A DNA stretch of 64,000 nt from an uncultured Methanolobus sp. (GTDB lineage: Archaea; Halobacteriota; Methanosarcinia; Methanosarcinales; Methanosarcinaceae): positions 2,560,001-2,624,000 of the forward strand of contig OY776215.1 in NCBI GenBank assembly GCA_963675495.1, given 5' to 3'. Below are positions 29,440 to 40,528 of this stretch, piece by piece. The stretch's first letter is position 1. Each line of letters begins with the position of its first letter. The notes under the pieces are model-generated. The model was not told the DNA's origin, made no database searches, and saw only the letters and a program-made list of their open reading frames with translations. A program made the translations under genes and the position numbers.

Positions 29440-31167
29440 GTGAACATTGATCTAAATTTGAAAATAGGGGGTGCAGCAGGTCAGGGGCTGCAAACCACCG
29501 GTATGACTTTAGCCAAGACATTGAAAAAAAGCGGGTTCCATGTTTTTGCAACACAGTACTATTTTTCCAGAGTACGGGGGGGGCATAACATTTTCCAGAT
29601 ACGCATAAATGACTCTCCTGTTTTTGCAATGACTGAAAGTGTAGATATTCTACTGGCTCTGGATGGTGAGTCCATCACTCAGCACATGTCTGAACTGAAA
29701 GAAGGCGTAATAGTAGTTGATTCAGATGTAATTGATGTCAAAGAAAATGCAGATTCTATATTTCATGTTCCAATGCTAAAGATAGCCAAAGATGTCTGTG
29801 GCGATAAAATATACTCCAACTCAGTTTCTATGGGGGCGGTCATTGGTCTGCTGTGCCTTGAGCTGTCGAACCTTGAATCTATACTAAAAGCAGCCTTCAA
29901 AAAGAAAGGTGAGGAAATAATACAAAAGAATATCGATGCAGCACGTGCAGGTTATAATTACGTAAAAGATAATTATCCTGGTGGCTGCAAGTTTGAAGTC
30001 AGTGACTCCGGGGAAAAAGAGGGAATGATGCTTGTTAACGGGAATGAGGCAGTAGGTCTCGGTGCCCTTGCAGCCGGTGTGCAGTTCCTTGCAGCTTATC
30101 CTATGACCCCTTCTACTGGTGTCATGACCTATGTGGCTGCAAATGCAGACAAATTCAACGTTGTAGTTGAGCAGGCTGAAGACGAAATTGCGGCATTGAA
30201 TATGGTCCTTGGAGCATCTTTTGCAGGTGCCCGCTCAATGACAACTACTTCAGGGGGTGGTTTTTCCCTGATGACCGAAGCTCTTGGACTTGCCAGTATC
30301 ACAGAAACACCTGCCGTTATTTTTCTCTGTCAGCGCCCAGGGCCTGCCACGGGTCTTCCTACTATGACCGAGCAAGGTGACCTCCAGTTTGCCCTTAATG
30401 CTGCTCAAGGGGACTTCCCAAGATGTATTCTTGCACCAGGTACTCCAGAAGAATGCTTCTATCTCACTGCGGAAGCTTTTAACATTGCAGACAAATACCA
30501 GATACCTGTTTTTGTTATGAGTGACCAGTATCTGGCAGATTCTCTGTTCACATGTCCAAGGTTCGATACTTCAAAAGTGCTAGTTGAAAGGCATCTTCTA
30601 TCTGATCAGGAATTAAGGACGAAGAAGGAAGAATATAAGCGTTACAAGTTCACTCCCCTTGGAATTTCCCCCCGTGCTCTTCCCGGACAGGAAAGCGTAC
30701 TGGTTGTCGCTGACAGCGACGAACATGATGAATTTGGACACATCAATGAAGATCCTGTCAACCGTATAAAGATGAATGATAAACGCATGAATAAACTGGA
30801 AGTGCTCAGGGAGGAGATGCCTGGGGCAAAAATATACGGTAGCCCGGATGCATCTATTACACTGGTTGGCTGGGGTTCTACATATGGTCCCCTTGCAGAG
30901 GTTGTGGATATGCTAAATGGTGGGGGGAAGTCCTTCAATCTTGTTCATTTTACTCATATACATCCGATTCCTGTTGAAACCACCAGAAAATTACTTGCAA
31001 AGGCCAAAAAAACCGTTTGTGTTGAGAATAATTCTACCGGGCAGTTTTCACGTCTTTTGAAAGTAGATGCCGACATAAGTGTAACAGAAAATGTAATTAG
31101 GTATGATGGTAAGCCCTTTAGTCCGGAGTTCATAATTTCTGCTCTTAAAGCAAAAGGAGTGATCTGA
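29440..31167 (+). CDS. korA: 2-oxoacid:ferredoxin oxidoreductase alpha (gamma-alpha fusion)
   Basis: GGAAGQG, RGGH, YPMTP, QAEDEIAA, TSGGG, RPGPATG; substrate not determinable. Confidence 0.88.
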   Translation: MNIDLNLKIGGAAGQGLQTTGMTLAKTLKKSGFHVFATQYYFSRVRGGHNIFQIRINDSPVFAMTESVDILLALDGESITQHMSELKEGVIVVDSDVIDVKENADSIFHVPMLKIAKDVCGDKIYSNSVSMGAVIGLLCLELSNLESILKAAFKKKGEEIIQKNIDAARAGYNYVKDNYPGGCKFEVSDSGEKEGMMLVNGNEAVGLGALAAGVQFLAAYPMTPSTGVMTYVAANADKFNVVVEQAEDEIAALNMVLGASFAGARSMTTTSGGGFSLMTEALGLASITETPAVIFLCQRPGPATGLPTMTEQGDLQFALNAAQGDFPRCILAPGTPEECFYLTAEAFNIADKYQIPVFVMSDQYLADSLFTCPRFDTSKVLVERHLLSDQELRTKKEEYKRYKFTPLGISPRALPGQESVLVVADSDEHDEFGHINEDPVNRIKMNDKRMNKLEVLREEMPGAKIYGSPDASITLVGWGSTYGPLAEVVDMLNGGGKSFNLVHFTHIHPIPVETTRKLLAKAKKTVCVENNSTGQFSRLLKVDADISVTENVIRYDGKPFSPEFIISALKAKGVI

Positions 31168-32022
31168 ATGGTCAATATAGAAGATTATGGGAAATTTGAA
31201 ACTGCATGGTGTCCTGGATGTGGTAATTTTGGTATCCTTAAAGCCATTAAACAGGCACTTGTAAACCTGGGACGTTCGCCTCATGAGGTATTCATAGCTT
31301 CAGGGATCGGTCAGTCAAGCAAACTTCCTCATTATCTGAAATGTAATGCATTTAACGGGCTACATGGCCGTTCATTGCCACCTGCAACAGGGGCTAAGAT
31401 TGCCAACCACGAAATGACCGTTCTTGCAGTTACCGGGGATGGGGATTGTTATGGTGAAGGGGGTAACCACTTCCTGCATACTGTCCGGAGGAATCCTGAT
31501 ATTACTATGATAGTTCATGACAACCAGATATATGGGCTCACAAAAGGACAGGCATCACCCACAAGTGAGATTGGTATGAAAACTAAGGTTCAGACACATG
31601 GTGTGTTCAACATGCCACTCAATCCATTGTCTCTGGCAATATCACTGGATTGTTCGTTTGTAAGCCGTGGGTATGCTGGTAATATCTCCCATCTTTCCAA
31701 ACTTATCGAAAAAGCCATAGAGCACAAAGGTCTTTCTCTTGTTGATGTGCTTCAGCCATGTGTTTCTTTCAACAAGCTGAATACTTTTAAGTGGTACTCT
31801 GAAAGAGTTTATGAAATGGAAGATCCTGGCTATGAGTTAAATAATCGGGTGAGGGCTTTTGAAAAATCGCTTGAATGGGGCGATAAGATTCCTCTGGGTG
31901 TTTTCTATGTGAACGAAAAGCCAAGTTTTGAGGACTACCTTGATGTGCTTGCTTCAGGACCTCTCTACAAGAATGCTCCAAAAACCGAATTGGTGAATGA
32001 ACTGATAGATGGTTTTGTATGA
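31168..32022 (+). CDS. korB: 2-oxoacid:ferredoxin oxidoreductase beta
   Basis: WCPGCG, HGR, GDGD TPP motif, YGLTKGQASPT. Confidence 0.88.
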   Translation: MVNIEDYGKFETAWCPGCGNFGILKAIKQALVNLGRSPHEVFIASGIGQSSKLPHYLKCNAFNGLHGRSLPPATGAKIANHEMTVLAVTGDGDCYGEGGNHFLHTVRRNPDITMIVHDNQIYGLTKGQASPTSEIGMKTKVQTHGVFNMPLNPLSLAISLDCSFVSRGYAGNISHLSKLIEKAIEHKGLSLVDVLQPCVSFNKLNTFKWYSERVYEMEDPGYELNNRVRAFEKSLEWGDKIPLGVFYVNEKPSFEDYLDVLASGPLYKNAPKTELVNELIDGFV

Positions 32023-32061
32023 CCATCTTTTTTTTAGTATTTTTTTGGCAAATCTCTTATA

Positions 32062-32655
32062 TTATCGTATAATTTTTCCGACAATGACCACCAGTTCTTC
32101 AAAGGAACATTTTTCTCTTGCCTCTATCCATGAATTGAATCCATGCTGTTCCATTTCCTGCATAACTTCTTCAATGCCGGTAATAGAGGATACCAGCAGT
32201 AAGATAAGTCCCTCAGGTTTCAGGTAAGCACATACTTGTTCCATGAAGGGTTTGATATCCTTGCGTCCGTCGATGCCTCCGTCAAAAGCGTAATTCAGCC
32301 ATCCTGGGACTTTCTCTTCTTCGGAAGTTGGAAGGTACGGGGGATTGAATATCACAATGTCAAACTGTTGTTTGCTTTTCAATCCTGTGAACATATCTGT
32401 CCTGATAACATCGATGTCGTTGGATCTTGCGCAGCGTGCAGCTAAAGGACTAATTTCCGTTGCCAAAAGTTCTATGTTCCTGTTGGCTTTGAGGACTGCG
32501 GATACAAAGCCACTGCCGGTACCAACTTCCAGAATGCACATGTTCTCTTTTACAAACTCAAGGGCAGTGTCTGCAAGTAAGTATGAATCTTCGGCAGGTT
32601 CGTATACCTGATCAGCAAGATCGATAATTGCATTAAGATGTTTGATGGTAACCAT
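32062..32655 (-). CDS. hemK: HemK2/PrmC release-factor glutamine methyltransferase
   Basis: VYEPAEDS, EVGTGSG, FNPPY. Confidence 0.9.
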   Translation of the reverse strand: MVTIKHLNAIIDLADQVYEPAEDSYLLADTALEFVKENMCILEVGTGSGFVSAVLKANRNIELLATEISPLAARCARSNDIDVIRTDMFTGLKSKQQFDIVIFNPPYLPTSEEEKVPGWLNYAFDGGIDGRKDIKPFMEQVCAYLKPEGLILLLVSSITGIEEVMQEMEQHGFNSWIEAREKCSFEELVVIVGKIIR

Positions 32656-32668
32656 GGATTAAAAATAG

Positions 32669-33478
32669 TTATTCCTGTTTATGCCTGAACATCATGTTAG
32701 CAAGTTGTGCAAATTGCTCAGGTTCCAGGTTCTCAGGTCTTTTATTAATTAGTTCCTGCGGTAATTCATGTATGAATTCTTTCATGTCATCAATTCCAAG
32801 AAGCTGCTTGTTCCGGATGATTGAATTTCTCATCTTTTTACGCCTCTGGCCGAAAGCTGCAGTGACGAAATCAAGGAAATACTTTTCGTCAAGTACTTCA
32901 AAATCTGCAGGTCTTGGTTTGATCTCAACCACTGCAGAAAGGACTTCCGGTGGTGGGGAAAAAGCCCCTCGTGGTATTTTCATGATCATTGAATTATCGG
33001 CAAAATAGTGTGCATTCACAGAAAGGCGGCTATAATCCTTTGAATTTGCATGTGCCACAAGTCTCTGTGCAAACTCGTATTGATACATGAGTATCCCTAA
33101 CTTAAAATCGTGTTTGAACAACTTGAAAGTAATCTCGGAAGAAATTGAATAGGGTAAGTTTGAGACCACTTTATCAAAAGAAGGGAACTCGACTTTAAGC
33201 ACGTCTCCGTGGATCAGGGTGAGTTTGTCTATATCTCCAAAACGATCCATTAGAACATCAATAAGTTCGGGGTCTCGTTCAATGGCGATTACGTGGCCTG
33301 CTTTCTCCATGAGCCTTTCTGTCAGGTTGCCGATACCTGCTCCGATCTCAAGTATTGTCTCATGGGGCTTTATGTCAGCAGCATCCACGATCCTGTCAAG
33401 GATTCGTTCATCTATTAAAAAATGCTGGTCATGGTATCCACCACGGATACCATATTTTCTTAAAATATCATAAACCAA
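32669..33478 (-). CDS. rsmA: 16S rRNA adenine dimethyltransferase
   Basis: DQHFL, EIGAGIG, NLPY, QYEFA; probable TTG start after AGGTG. Confidence 0.95.
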   Translation of the reverse strand: MVYDILRKYGIRGGYHDQHFLIDERILDRIVDAADIKPHETILEIGAGIGNLTERLMEKAGHVIAIERDPELIDVLMDRFGDIDKLTLIHGDVLKVEFPSFDKVVSNLPYSISSEITFKLFKHDFKLGILMYQYEFAQRLVAHANSKDYSRLSVNAHYFADNSMIMKIPRGAFSPPPEVLSAVVEIKPRPADFEVLDEKYFLDFVTAAFGQRRKKMRNSIIRNKQLLGIDDMKEFIHELPQELINKRPENLEPEQFAQLANMMFRHKQE

Positions 33479-33492
33479 GAAATAAACACCTT

Positions 33493-34089
33493 TCAATGGC
33501 TACGTTGACGACGTGGAGGTATTGTGAAGAGTCTGTACTTGATATTGTCATCCTTTAGCTCATCTATGATCCTGTTGACAACAACTTTCCCCGGGGAGTG
33601 TACTCCTCCGACTCTCTCGTGTAATTCCTCAAGGCTCTTGAAAGCTCCTTTCTTTCTTTCATCTATGATGGCCCACATAAGTTTCTTTCCGATGCCCGGG
33701 AGTAACTCTAACATATGTAGCCTGTTTGTAATTGGGTGTGCATCATTGAAGAATTTGACAAACCGTTCTTCATTATGTTCTACGGTCTTTTCAAGAATGT
33801 AGGGTAATTCCAGTTGAGCACCATGACTTAGGTCCTGATATGGTATGCGGTGCTTTACATGGTCGACAAGGTCGCGGTCACCGTCTCCGATATACACTCT
33901 GGACTGGATATCCGGTACTTTTCCTTCTTTGGGTACAATTTCCATCAACACGAAATGAATTTCCCCGACAGCCTGCACAAGAGGTTTCTTTTGATATGAA
34001 GGGCGTTTATCATCTGAACTTCCGTATGGGAGATAATCTAATATCCATGCAAACTCTTCTTTCTCAGGTGGCTTTCCCCTAGTTGTCAT
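33493..34089 (-). CDS. DUF655 putative RNA-binding protein
   Basis: LDYL, RLHMLELLPGIGKK; conserved position after rpoF. Confidence 0.92.
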   Translation of the reverse strand: MTTRGKPPEKEEFAWILDYLPYGSSDDKRPSYQKKPLVQAVGEIHFVLMEIVPKEGKVPDIQSRVYIGDGDRDLVDHVKHRIPYQDLSHGAQLELPYILEKTVEHNEERFVKFFNDAHPITNRLHMLELLPGIGKKLMWAIIDERKKGAFKSLEELHERVGGVHSPGKVVVNRIIDELKDDNIKYRLFTIPPRRQRSH

Positions 34090-34168
34090 ATATTTCCTCC
34101 TGTGGCATACCTGCTGCTACTCATGCAACTTCCATCAAAATTAAAAAAGGGATGTATCGAATATAAAT

Positions 34169-34522
34169 CTAATCCATTGCTTCTTCTACAAGGTTTAGCA
34201 TTTCATCGAGTTCTTCTTCTGTAAGTGTGAATCTCTCTTTTGCATAAAGCGACCTAAGCTCATCTCTTGTCTGTGGCATTACGTCAGCCAGTCTGATGGC
34301 TATTTCGGGTTTCATTTTTTCAAGCTCAAGAAGTTTGTTTACAAGATTCCTTGCTTTTTCAGGGCTTGTCTTTGAGAACATTTCTGCATGATTGATAGCT
34401 TTACGCAGTTCATATCCAAGTTCATCTTCACCTTTAAGACGATCTTCCATTATTTCATGCAACATACCCTTCACTTCAGACAGGGTTAACATTTCTTCAC
34501 TCAGAACTTCTTTTACTATCAT
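34169..34522 (-). CDS. rpoF: RNA polymerase subunit Rpo4 (F)
   Basis: TLSEVK, YEL..A, IA..LAD..P...DELR; synteny with rpl21e. Confidence 0.92.
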   Translation of the reverse strand: MIVKEVLSEEMLTLSEVKGMLHEIMEDRLKGEDELGYELRKAINHAEMFSKTSPEKARNLVNKLLELEKMKPEIAIRLADVMPQTRDELRSLYAKERFTLTEEELDEMLNLVEEAMD

Positions 34523-34667
34523 TGGTATACACTCTGTGCATTATTTGGGGTTTAGGTCATCCCTGGATGACAATAAGATGTATTTGTATCGTTAAATACG
34601 TGCAATAAAGATATATCTAACGATAAAGAAAGGTAATTCAGGTATCAAACCTGAAATTCCTGCAAAC

Positions 34668-34961
34668 TTAGTATTTCTGTGGTTTCAGATGTTGTGGAAG
34701 GGATATAAGCTCTTTTGTAGCATTTCCGTCCCTGACCTGTAAGAGAAAAGCGCGGCCACGCTGACCAATGATCTTTCCTGTCTTTCCCTGAAACCTTGCG
34801 TTTGGCATTCCTTTCTGTACACTTGGGTCGATATCGATGTGGACCATCTGTCCGTTGTCGAATTCCTGAATTGCCTTGCTGATAGGTGAAAGTCCTCTTT
34901 CCCTTGTGGTTTTCTGTAACTTATACCTTGTGCAGTGCTTTTCGCCGTGTGATGTTCCCAT
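34668..34961 (-). CDS. rpl21e: 50S ribosomal protein L21e
   Basis: [26 protein letters not shown]. Confidence 0.97.
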   Translation of the reverse strand: MGTSHGEKHCTRYKLQKTTRERGLSPISKAIQEFDNGQMVHIDIDPSVQKGMPNARFQGKTGKIIGQRGRAFLLQVRDGNATKELISLPQHLKPQKY

Positions 34962-35028
34962 AATTATTTTCCTCCATTGATCAAATTATTAGTCTAATTT
35001 ATGAATGTTCAAATGTGATGTCTAATGT

Positions 35029-36321
35029 TTATATGTCGACTTTGACGACATTAAGTTCAGCTACTGTTGCCTGTATTTCCAGCTTTTCCGTTAGACTTGG
35101 CACAGTCCTTCCCTCGTCTCCTGACGTAAGTTCCTTTACATACAGGCCACCATCACAGTGTACTTCTATAATGGCATACTCATCTGTCTTCTCTATGAGC
35201 TGCATGTTATGGACATATCGTTTTCGGACAAGATCTGCTCTTCTGTGGGATACTCGCTGTGGAGTCCTTTGATGTATTTGTACTCCAATAAGGGAGTTTA
35301 TAGCATCTGCAAGTTTGTCCGTGGAAACAGGCTCTTTGAATGTAACTTTAAGGTTATAAACTTTATCCGCCTTTGAAGACTTTAGATTCTCAATTACACC
35401 TTTCTCCACTATTTTTAGTCCTTCTACTTCCACCTTACCATCGGCGAACTCATTGATCTTCTTTTCCAGTTCCCATACATCTATGCTGCGGATAACCGGG
35501 TTTAGTGCCTCTACAACGAAAGGTCTTCCTGTTCCAAGCATAAGGGCATCGATGTCCTCACGTCCTGCGCCGTGGAATTTAGTATCTGTTCCTTTCGTTG
35601 CCTTGATCACTTCTTCAGCGATAAGCTCGTCTACGGACTCAGGGTATTGTTTTCCTGTGTTGTTGCATTGCTCACAGCCTCTACCGCCACAGCCTCTGCA
35701 TGGCCATCTTGTCTGGGGTATCCCTCTTACGAGTTTTCTGTACCTGCCCTGTATATAGACTGATTTTACGCGGATGCTGGTTGATTCCTCGGCAATATCC
35801 ATTGTAACCACAACGTCTGGCCTTTCGAACTCAACCTCTTTTTCCGTGCGTGCGGATATGAGCTTACCTACCTCACGGTTCATCTCAGTCTTGAATTGCT
35901 CAGCCTGCTTGATTCCGCATTCACTCCAAAGGATCTCTTCATTCTCCCCGACCAGGCCACTTACCTTTGTTCCCATCAGGAACGTGGAATATTCTATATC
36001 TCCGATGCTTTCAATTGCTCTGTCTGCCCATAGGTCTAGTTTGTCAAAAATGCCCATGCATACCCAGCATTTCTCGTCTTCACCTTCGATTTTCAGGCTC
36101 TTTCTTGCATAGGTGCTGCTCTTAGACAGTTCTTCAAGTAAAGAATCATCACCAGTATCTTTAAATGAAGCATCTCCTTCCATTGCCAGGCTCAATTTGA
36201 TGGCCTGTCCTCTTTCTACGTTGGTAAGGCCTGTGGATAATTTAGCGAATTGTCTTCCCATGCAATGGTCGCAAATGGGTCCTTCGTTGATTATCTTCTT
36301 AGCGGTTTCAAGTATGCTCAT
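35029..36321 (-). CDS. pus10: tRNA pseudouridine(54/55) synthase Pus10
   Basis: CDHC.GR, GRYRK..RGIPQTRW, GAGREDIDA, GGLYVKEL. Confidence 0.95.
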   Translation of the reverse strand: MSILETAKKIINEGPICDHCMGRQFAKLSTGLTNVERGQAIKLSLAMEGDASFKDTGDDSLLEELSKSSTYARKSLKIEGEDEKCWVCMGIFDKLDLWADRAIESIGDIEYSTFLMGTKVSGLVGENEEILWSECGIKQAEQFKTEMNREVGKLISARTEKEVEFERPDVVVTMDIAEESTSIRVKSVYIQGRYRKLVRGIPQTRWPCRGCGGRGCEQCNNTGKQYPESVDELIAEEVIKATKGTDTKFHGAGREDIDALMLGTGRPFVVEALNPVIRSIDVWELEKKINEFADGKVEVEGLKIVEKGVIENLKSSKADKVYNLKVTFKEPVSTDKLADAINSLIGVQIHQRTPQRVSHRRADLVRKRYVHNMQLIEKTDEYAIIEVHCDGGLYVKELTSGDEGRTVPSLTEKLEIQATVAELNVVKVDI

Positions 36322-36410
36322 TGGATCACTTTTATCTGTGTTTTCTCTATAAGGGCTTTGTCAGGATGATTGGGACCAGATGGTTACTATATAATATAAC
36401 CTTTTTTTAG

Positions 36411-37007
36411 TTATGCTTGTTTCCTGTCCAGTTCATTGTGGATTATTATCATGCAGTGGTCTGAATGGAGTGAAATAGGCCCTATATTAAGCGTTTGTTT
36501 TGCCAGTCTGGCAATAATCTCTTCTTCCTCTTCTGTAACTCCCATGTGGTCTCCCAGGACGAATACGGCATCGCTATTTAGATCATTGTATTCTCTGATG
36601 TCCTGTCCATCCTCTCTCAGGTAATATATGTCTCTGTCCGCATCTTTGAATTCCATAAGAAGTTCTTCAAGTCCTGCGCGACGTATCCATACGCCCGGGG
36701 TGGATTGTGTTTCATATTTGATTGCATCTCTTTCAAGTGCTTTCTTTATTAGGGAACCACTACTTCTTTCATCGGGATTGAGGTACTTTAACTTCTCTCC
36801 GTTGAACCTTATTACTTTTCCCGGATCTGGTTCTCCAAGGAGTACCAGGTGGACATTAATATCACGTCTCATTCCATGTGAAAGGAAAAGTGCGGAATTG
36901 ACGCATCTGCATAGAATATCCATTCTTCCGGCGGAGCCGGGCAGGTCGTTAAGTGAAAAGTCAGCGGTTGTTAATGCTTTATGTCCAATTATCACAAAAT
37001 CTTTCAT
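36411..37007 (-). CDS. trmY: tRNA (pseudouridine54-N1)-methyltransferase
   Basis: LNDLPGSAGRMD, SHGMR, NPDERS, FVLGDH SPOUT motifs. Confidence 0.95.
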   Translation of the reverse strand: MKDFVIIGHKALTTADFSLNDLPGSAGRMDILCRCVNSALFLSHGMRRDINVHLVLLGEPDPGKVIRFNGEKLKYLNPDERSSGSLIKKALERDAIKYETQSTPGVWIRRAGLEELLMEFKDADRDIYYLREDGQDIREYNDLNSDAVFVLGDHMGVTEEEEEIIARLAKQTLNIGPISLHSDHCMIIIHNELDRKQA

Positions 37008-37023
37008 TTATTTTCCTCTGTCT

Positions 37024-38319
37024 TTATTTTTCATCCTTAAGTATTATCTTTGCAAGTGCCGCTGCAATTTGGCGATAGTTCATATCATCGCCTGCGATAT
37101 TTGAAACAAAATCATCATATTTGTCCAGATGTCCTCGTTTGATGTGCATCCTGATGTCATCAGCGATCCGATTCTCTTTAATCCTTTCTATGTCTCTGTG
37201 GCTTGGCAGCTCCCTTTTAATGATTTCAGTATTTGTGATACGCATTATGTCCTTCAGTTTCCCATGATCCCTGCTTGAAGCAAAAGTATAGGCAAGTCCC
37301 GGTCTACCTGCTCTTGCAGTTCTGCCTATCCTGTGGACATATGTTTCAAGTCCCTGGGGAAGATCGTAATTGAAAACAACTTCTATGTTATCGACATCTA
37401 TGCCTCTGGCAGCTACATCGGTCGCTATCAGGATACCAATGTCTTCATTCTTGAACCTGTCCATCCTCTGTTCTCTTTTATTTTGCTTTATATCGCCGTG
37501 AAGTGCCTCGGCAGGATATCCCTTGGAACGCAGTTTAATGACCAATTTGTCAACTTCCTTTTTTGCATTACAAAAGACGAGTGCTGACTTGATATTTTCA
37601 GCTTCTATAAGCCTTTTCAAAGCTTCTGGTTTTGCATTATCCTTTATTTCAAAGTAATATTGCTTTACCTGGGGTACGGTAAGTTTTTTATGAACTACCT
37701 TTATGTGTACAGGATCCTTCTGATATTGCTCTGTCAGATCGAGTATGGGTTTTGGCATCGTTGCTGAAAAGAGTAATGTTTGCCTGCCGGATGGGATGCT
37801 TTCCAGTATTTCTTCTATGTCTTCCCTGAATCCCATATTCAACATCTCATCAGCTTCGTCAAGTATGACAATACCAATATCATCAGTAGGCATCGTTTGC
37901 CTTTCAAGATGGTCTATTATCCTCCCTGGTGTTCCTACTATGATCTGGGCTCCTGTCTTAAGTGCATTAATCTGGGAATCAACCGAAAGTCCTCCGTATA
38001 TGGGCAATACTTTGAGTTGCGGGATATATTTTGCGAGTTTTCTGAGTTCTTCTGATACTTGATTTGCTAGTTCCCTTGTTGGGCACACTACCATTGCCTG
38101 GGTATTTTTGTTACTCTGCTCAAGAAGTTCCATCAACGGGATCCCAAATGCTGCGGTCTTGCCGGTTCCGGTCTGTGCCTGGCCTATAATGTCCTTTCCT
38201 TCAAGTATTGGGGGGATGGATTTTTCCTGTATCTCAGTGGGCTCCCTGAACCCCATCTCTTTTATGCTTTTTCTTATCTCTTTTGAAAGGTAAAGTTCCT
38301 TGAATATTTCTGATTCCAT
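37024..38319 (-). CDS. DEAD-box RNA helicase
   Basis: Q motif, AQTGTGKT, PTRELA, DEAD, SAT, HRIGRTAR; ATG 38319 likely start. Confidence 0.95.
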   Translation of the reverse strand: MESEIFKELYLSKEIRKSIKEMGFREPTEIQEKSIPPILEGKDIIGQAQTGTGKTAAFGIPLMELLEQSNKNTQAMVVCPTRELANQVSEELRKLAKYIPQLKVLPIYGGLSVDSQINALKTGAQIIVGTPGRIIDHLERQTMPTDDIGIVILDEADEMLNMGFREDIEEILESIPSGRQTLLFSATMPKPILDLTEQYQKDPVHIKVVHKKLTVPQVKQYYFEIKDNAKPEALKRLIEAENIKSALVFCNAKKEVDKLVIKLRSKGYPAEALHGDIKQNKREQRMDRFKNEDIGILIATDVAARGIDVDNIEVVFNYDLPQGLETYVHRIGRTARAGRPGLAYTFASSRDHGKLKDIMRITNTEIIKRELPSHRDIERIKENRIADDIRMHIKRGHLDKYDDFVSNIAGDDMNYRQIAAALAKIILKDEK

Positions 38320-38397
38320 TTTATTTCCACTCTCCTGGGGCCCGCTTTCTGTTACTATTGTCAAAAATGAATATGTAAATTAAGTCGCTGATATCCT

Positions 38398-39744
38398 TTA
38401 GTTCTGGTCTTTCAGGGATGTATGGAGTTCAGCTATTTTCACAGCAGTGCTTGCAACTTCTGTGGCACAGTTTCCCATTATTCTGATCATGGCTTCCTTT
38501 CCGATGCCACCTTTATCGTATATGATGTCGGGCACAGCTCCATACTTATCGATGGCGTATGATGTTCCCCAGTCCATTGTGTGTGTGTCTTCAGGTTCAT
38601 CTTCTCTGGAAAATGATGCTACGGTAAGATTCAGTTCCCTGCATATATACAGAAGCAGCTGGGAGTATCTGATGTTCATGGAAGCTCTTGATGTTGGGGC
38701 ATGCTTCATTGCAGTCAGTATTATGCGGGCAACATGGCTGCTTGCGCCGAAGTCGATCTCCCCGACAAGCTTTGATTCTCCTTTAAGTTTGACGATCCTG
38801 CCTGTGACTGCAGCTACTTCCGGAGTCGATGCTGCAGATGGCAGTGCCATTGCTATATTGCATCCTACTTCGGGGATAAGTTCTCCAAAGTATTTTGATC
38901 GGCTGAGCAATTCCACTCCCCTTTTCAAATCCTGTAATACTGTATATCTTTCGGAGTTTTTCAGTACATGAGATAACTGATTAACAGGTCCTACACCACT
39001 TCCCACAGGCACGCTTCCTTTAATGGCCTCTACGACGAAGTCCTTTGCTATTTTTGCAGCTTCGTCTATTTTGTATCCCTGCGCAAGTGCTGCTGCAATC
39101 GCTGAAGAATAAGTACATCCTGATCCGTGGGTTCCGCCTTTGACAAAATTTCCGGGTATTATGGTGTAGGTGTCAGTTTCAGAATCGTATATTATGTCTG
39201 AAGCATCAAGGTGTCCACCAGTTACAATGACTATTTTAACGCCTGTCTGACTGATAAGCCGGGCAGCTTCTTTTGCTTCCTCGATATTTGTAATCTGAAT
39301 TCCTGAAAGGATGTTTGCTTCATTGATGTTTGGTGTTACCACTTCACTCATGGGTAAAAGTTTTTGTTTTAAGGTCTCTATGGCATTTTTTCGAAGGAGA
39401 TTCCCACCAGCCTCTGCTGCCATGACCGGATCAACCACCAGCTTCAGGTCATATTTTGTCACCATTTCTGCAACGGTTGATATTATGTCCGAAGATGAGA
39501 GCATGCCTGACTTAGCCCATGTGATGTCCATATCCTCACAAACGGCATCGATCTGGTTACGTATGACTTCACAAGGGATATCATATGCACTCAGGACTCC
39601 GGTAGTATTTTGTGACGTGACTGATGTGATGGCACATGTTGTATGGAGTCCAAGTGAAGCTATTGTTTTGATGTCTGCTTCAATTCCTGCTCCTCCACCA
39701 GAATCAGAACCTGCTATGGTCAGTATGACTGGTATTTTACTCAT
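38398..39744 (-). CDS. thiDN: Bifunctional HMP(-P) kinase / thiamine-phosphate synthase
   Basis: AGSDSGGGAGI, DPVM, HGSGC; C-terminal IPEVG.N, FGASSH, GKEAM ThiN domain. Confidence 0.93.
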   Translation of the reverse strand: MSKIPVILTIAGSDSGGGAGIEADIKTIASLGLHTTCAITSVTSQNTTGVLSAYDIPCEVIRNQIDAVCEDMDITWAKSGMLSSSDIISTVAEMVTKYDLKLVVDPVMAAEAGGNLLRKNAIETLKQKLLPMSEVVTPNINEANILSGIQITNIEEAKEAARLISQTGVKIVIVTGGHLDASDIIYDSETDTYTIIPGNFVKGGTHGSGCTYSSAIAAALAQGYKIDEAAKIAKDFVVEAIKGSVPVGSGVGPVNQLSHVLKNSERYTVLQDLKRGVELLSRSKYFGELIPEVGCNIAMALPSAASTPEVAAVTGRIVKLKGESKLVGEIDFGASSHVARIILTAMKHAPTSRASMNIRYSQLLLYICRELNLTVASFSREDEPEDTHTMDWGTSYAIDKYGAVPDIIYDKGGIGKEAMIRIMGNCATEVASTAVKIAELHTSLKDQN

Positions 39745-39984
39745 TATATTCTCCTTATGCGCTGCTGCCGTGTGACGGAGCTCTTAAATGTGTTGTTGCT
39801 TATATATTAGTTGGTTAACGGGGCCTATATATCTTTGCGATAATGCTAACTTTATCTGCTTCAAAGCTGGCTTCTGCGATAGTTATATATACTGAATATG
39901 CAACATTGGTGCATCGCAATATGTATAAGTAAATAAACAAATTTACAATTTATTACTCGCGTATAATTATTCGAATTTATTTAG

Positions 39985-40218
<234 letters not shown>

Positions 40219-40334
40219 GACAAACGTAATCTTTAATAACTACTAGCCATATCATGGGTAAACTCTGAGCTATTATTATATTGGCTACAACTAATCAATT
40301 AATTAACTAATTTCAAATCAAAAGGTGATTATAA

Positions 40335-40505
<171 letters not shown>

Positions 40506-40528
40506 GTCTTTTTAGACTAGGAATATAA

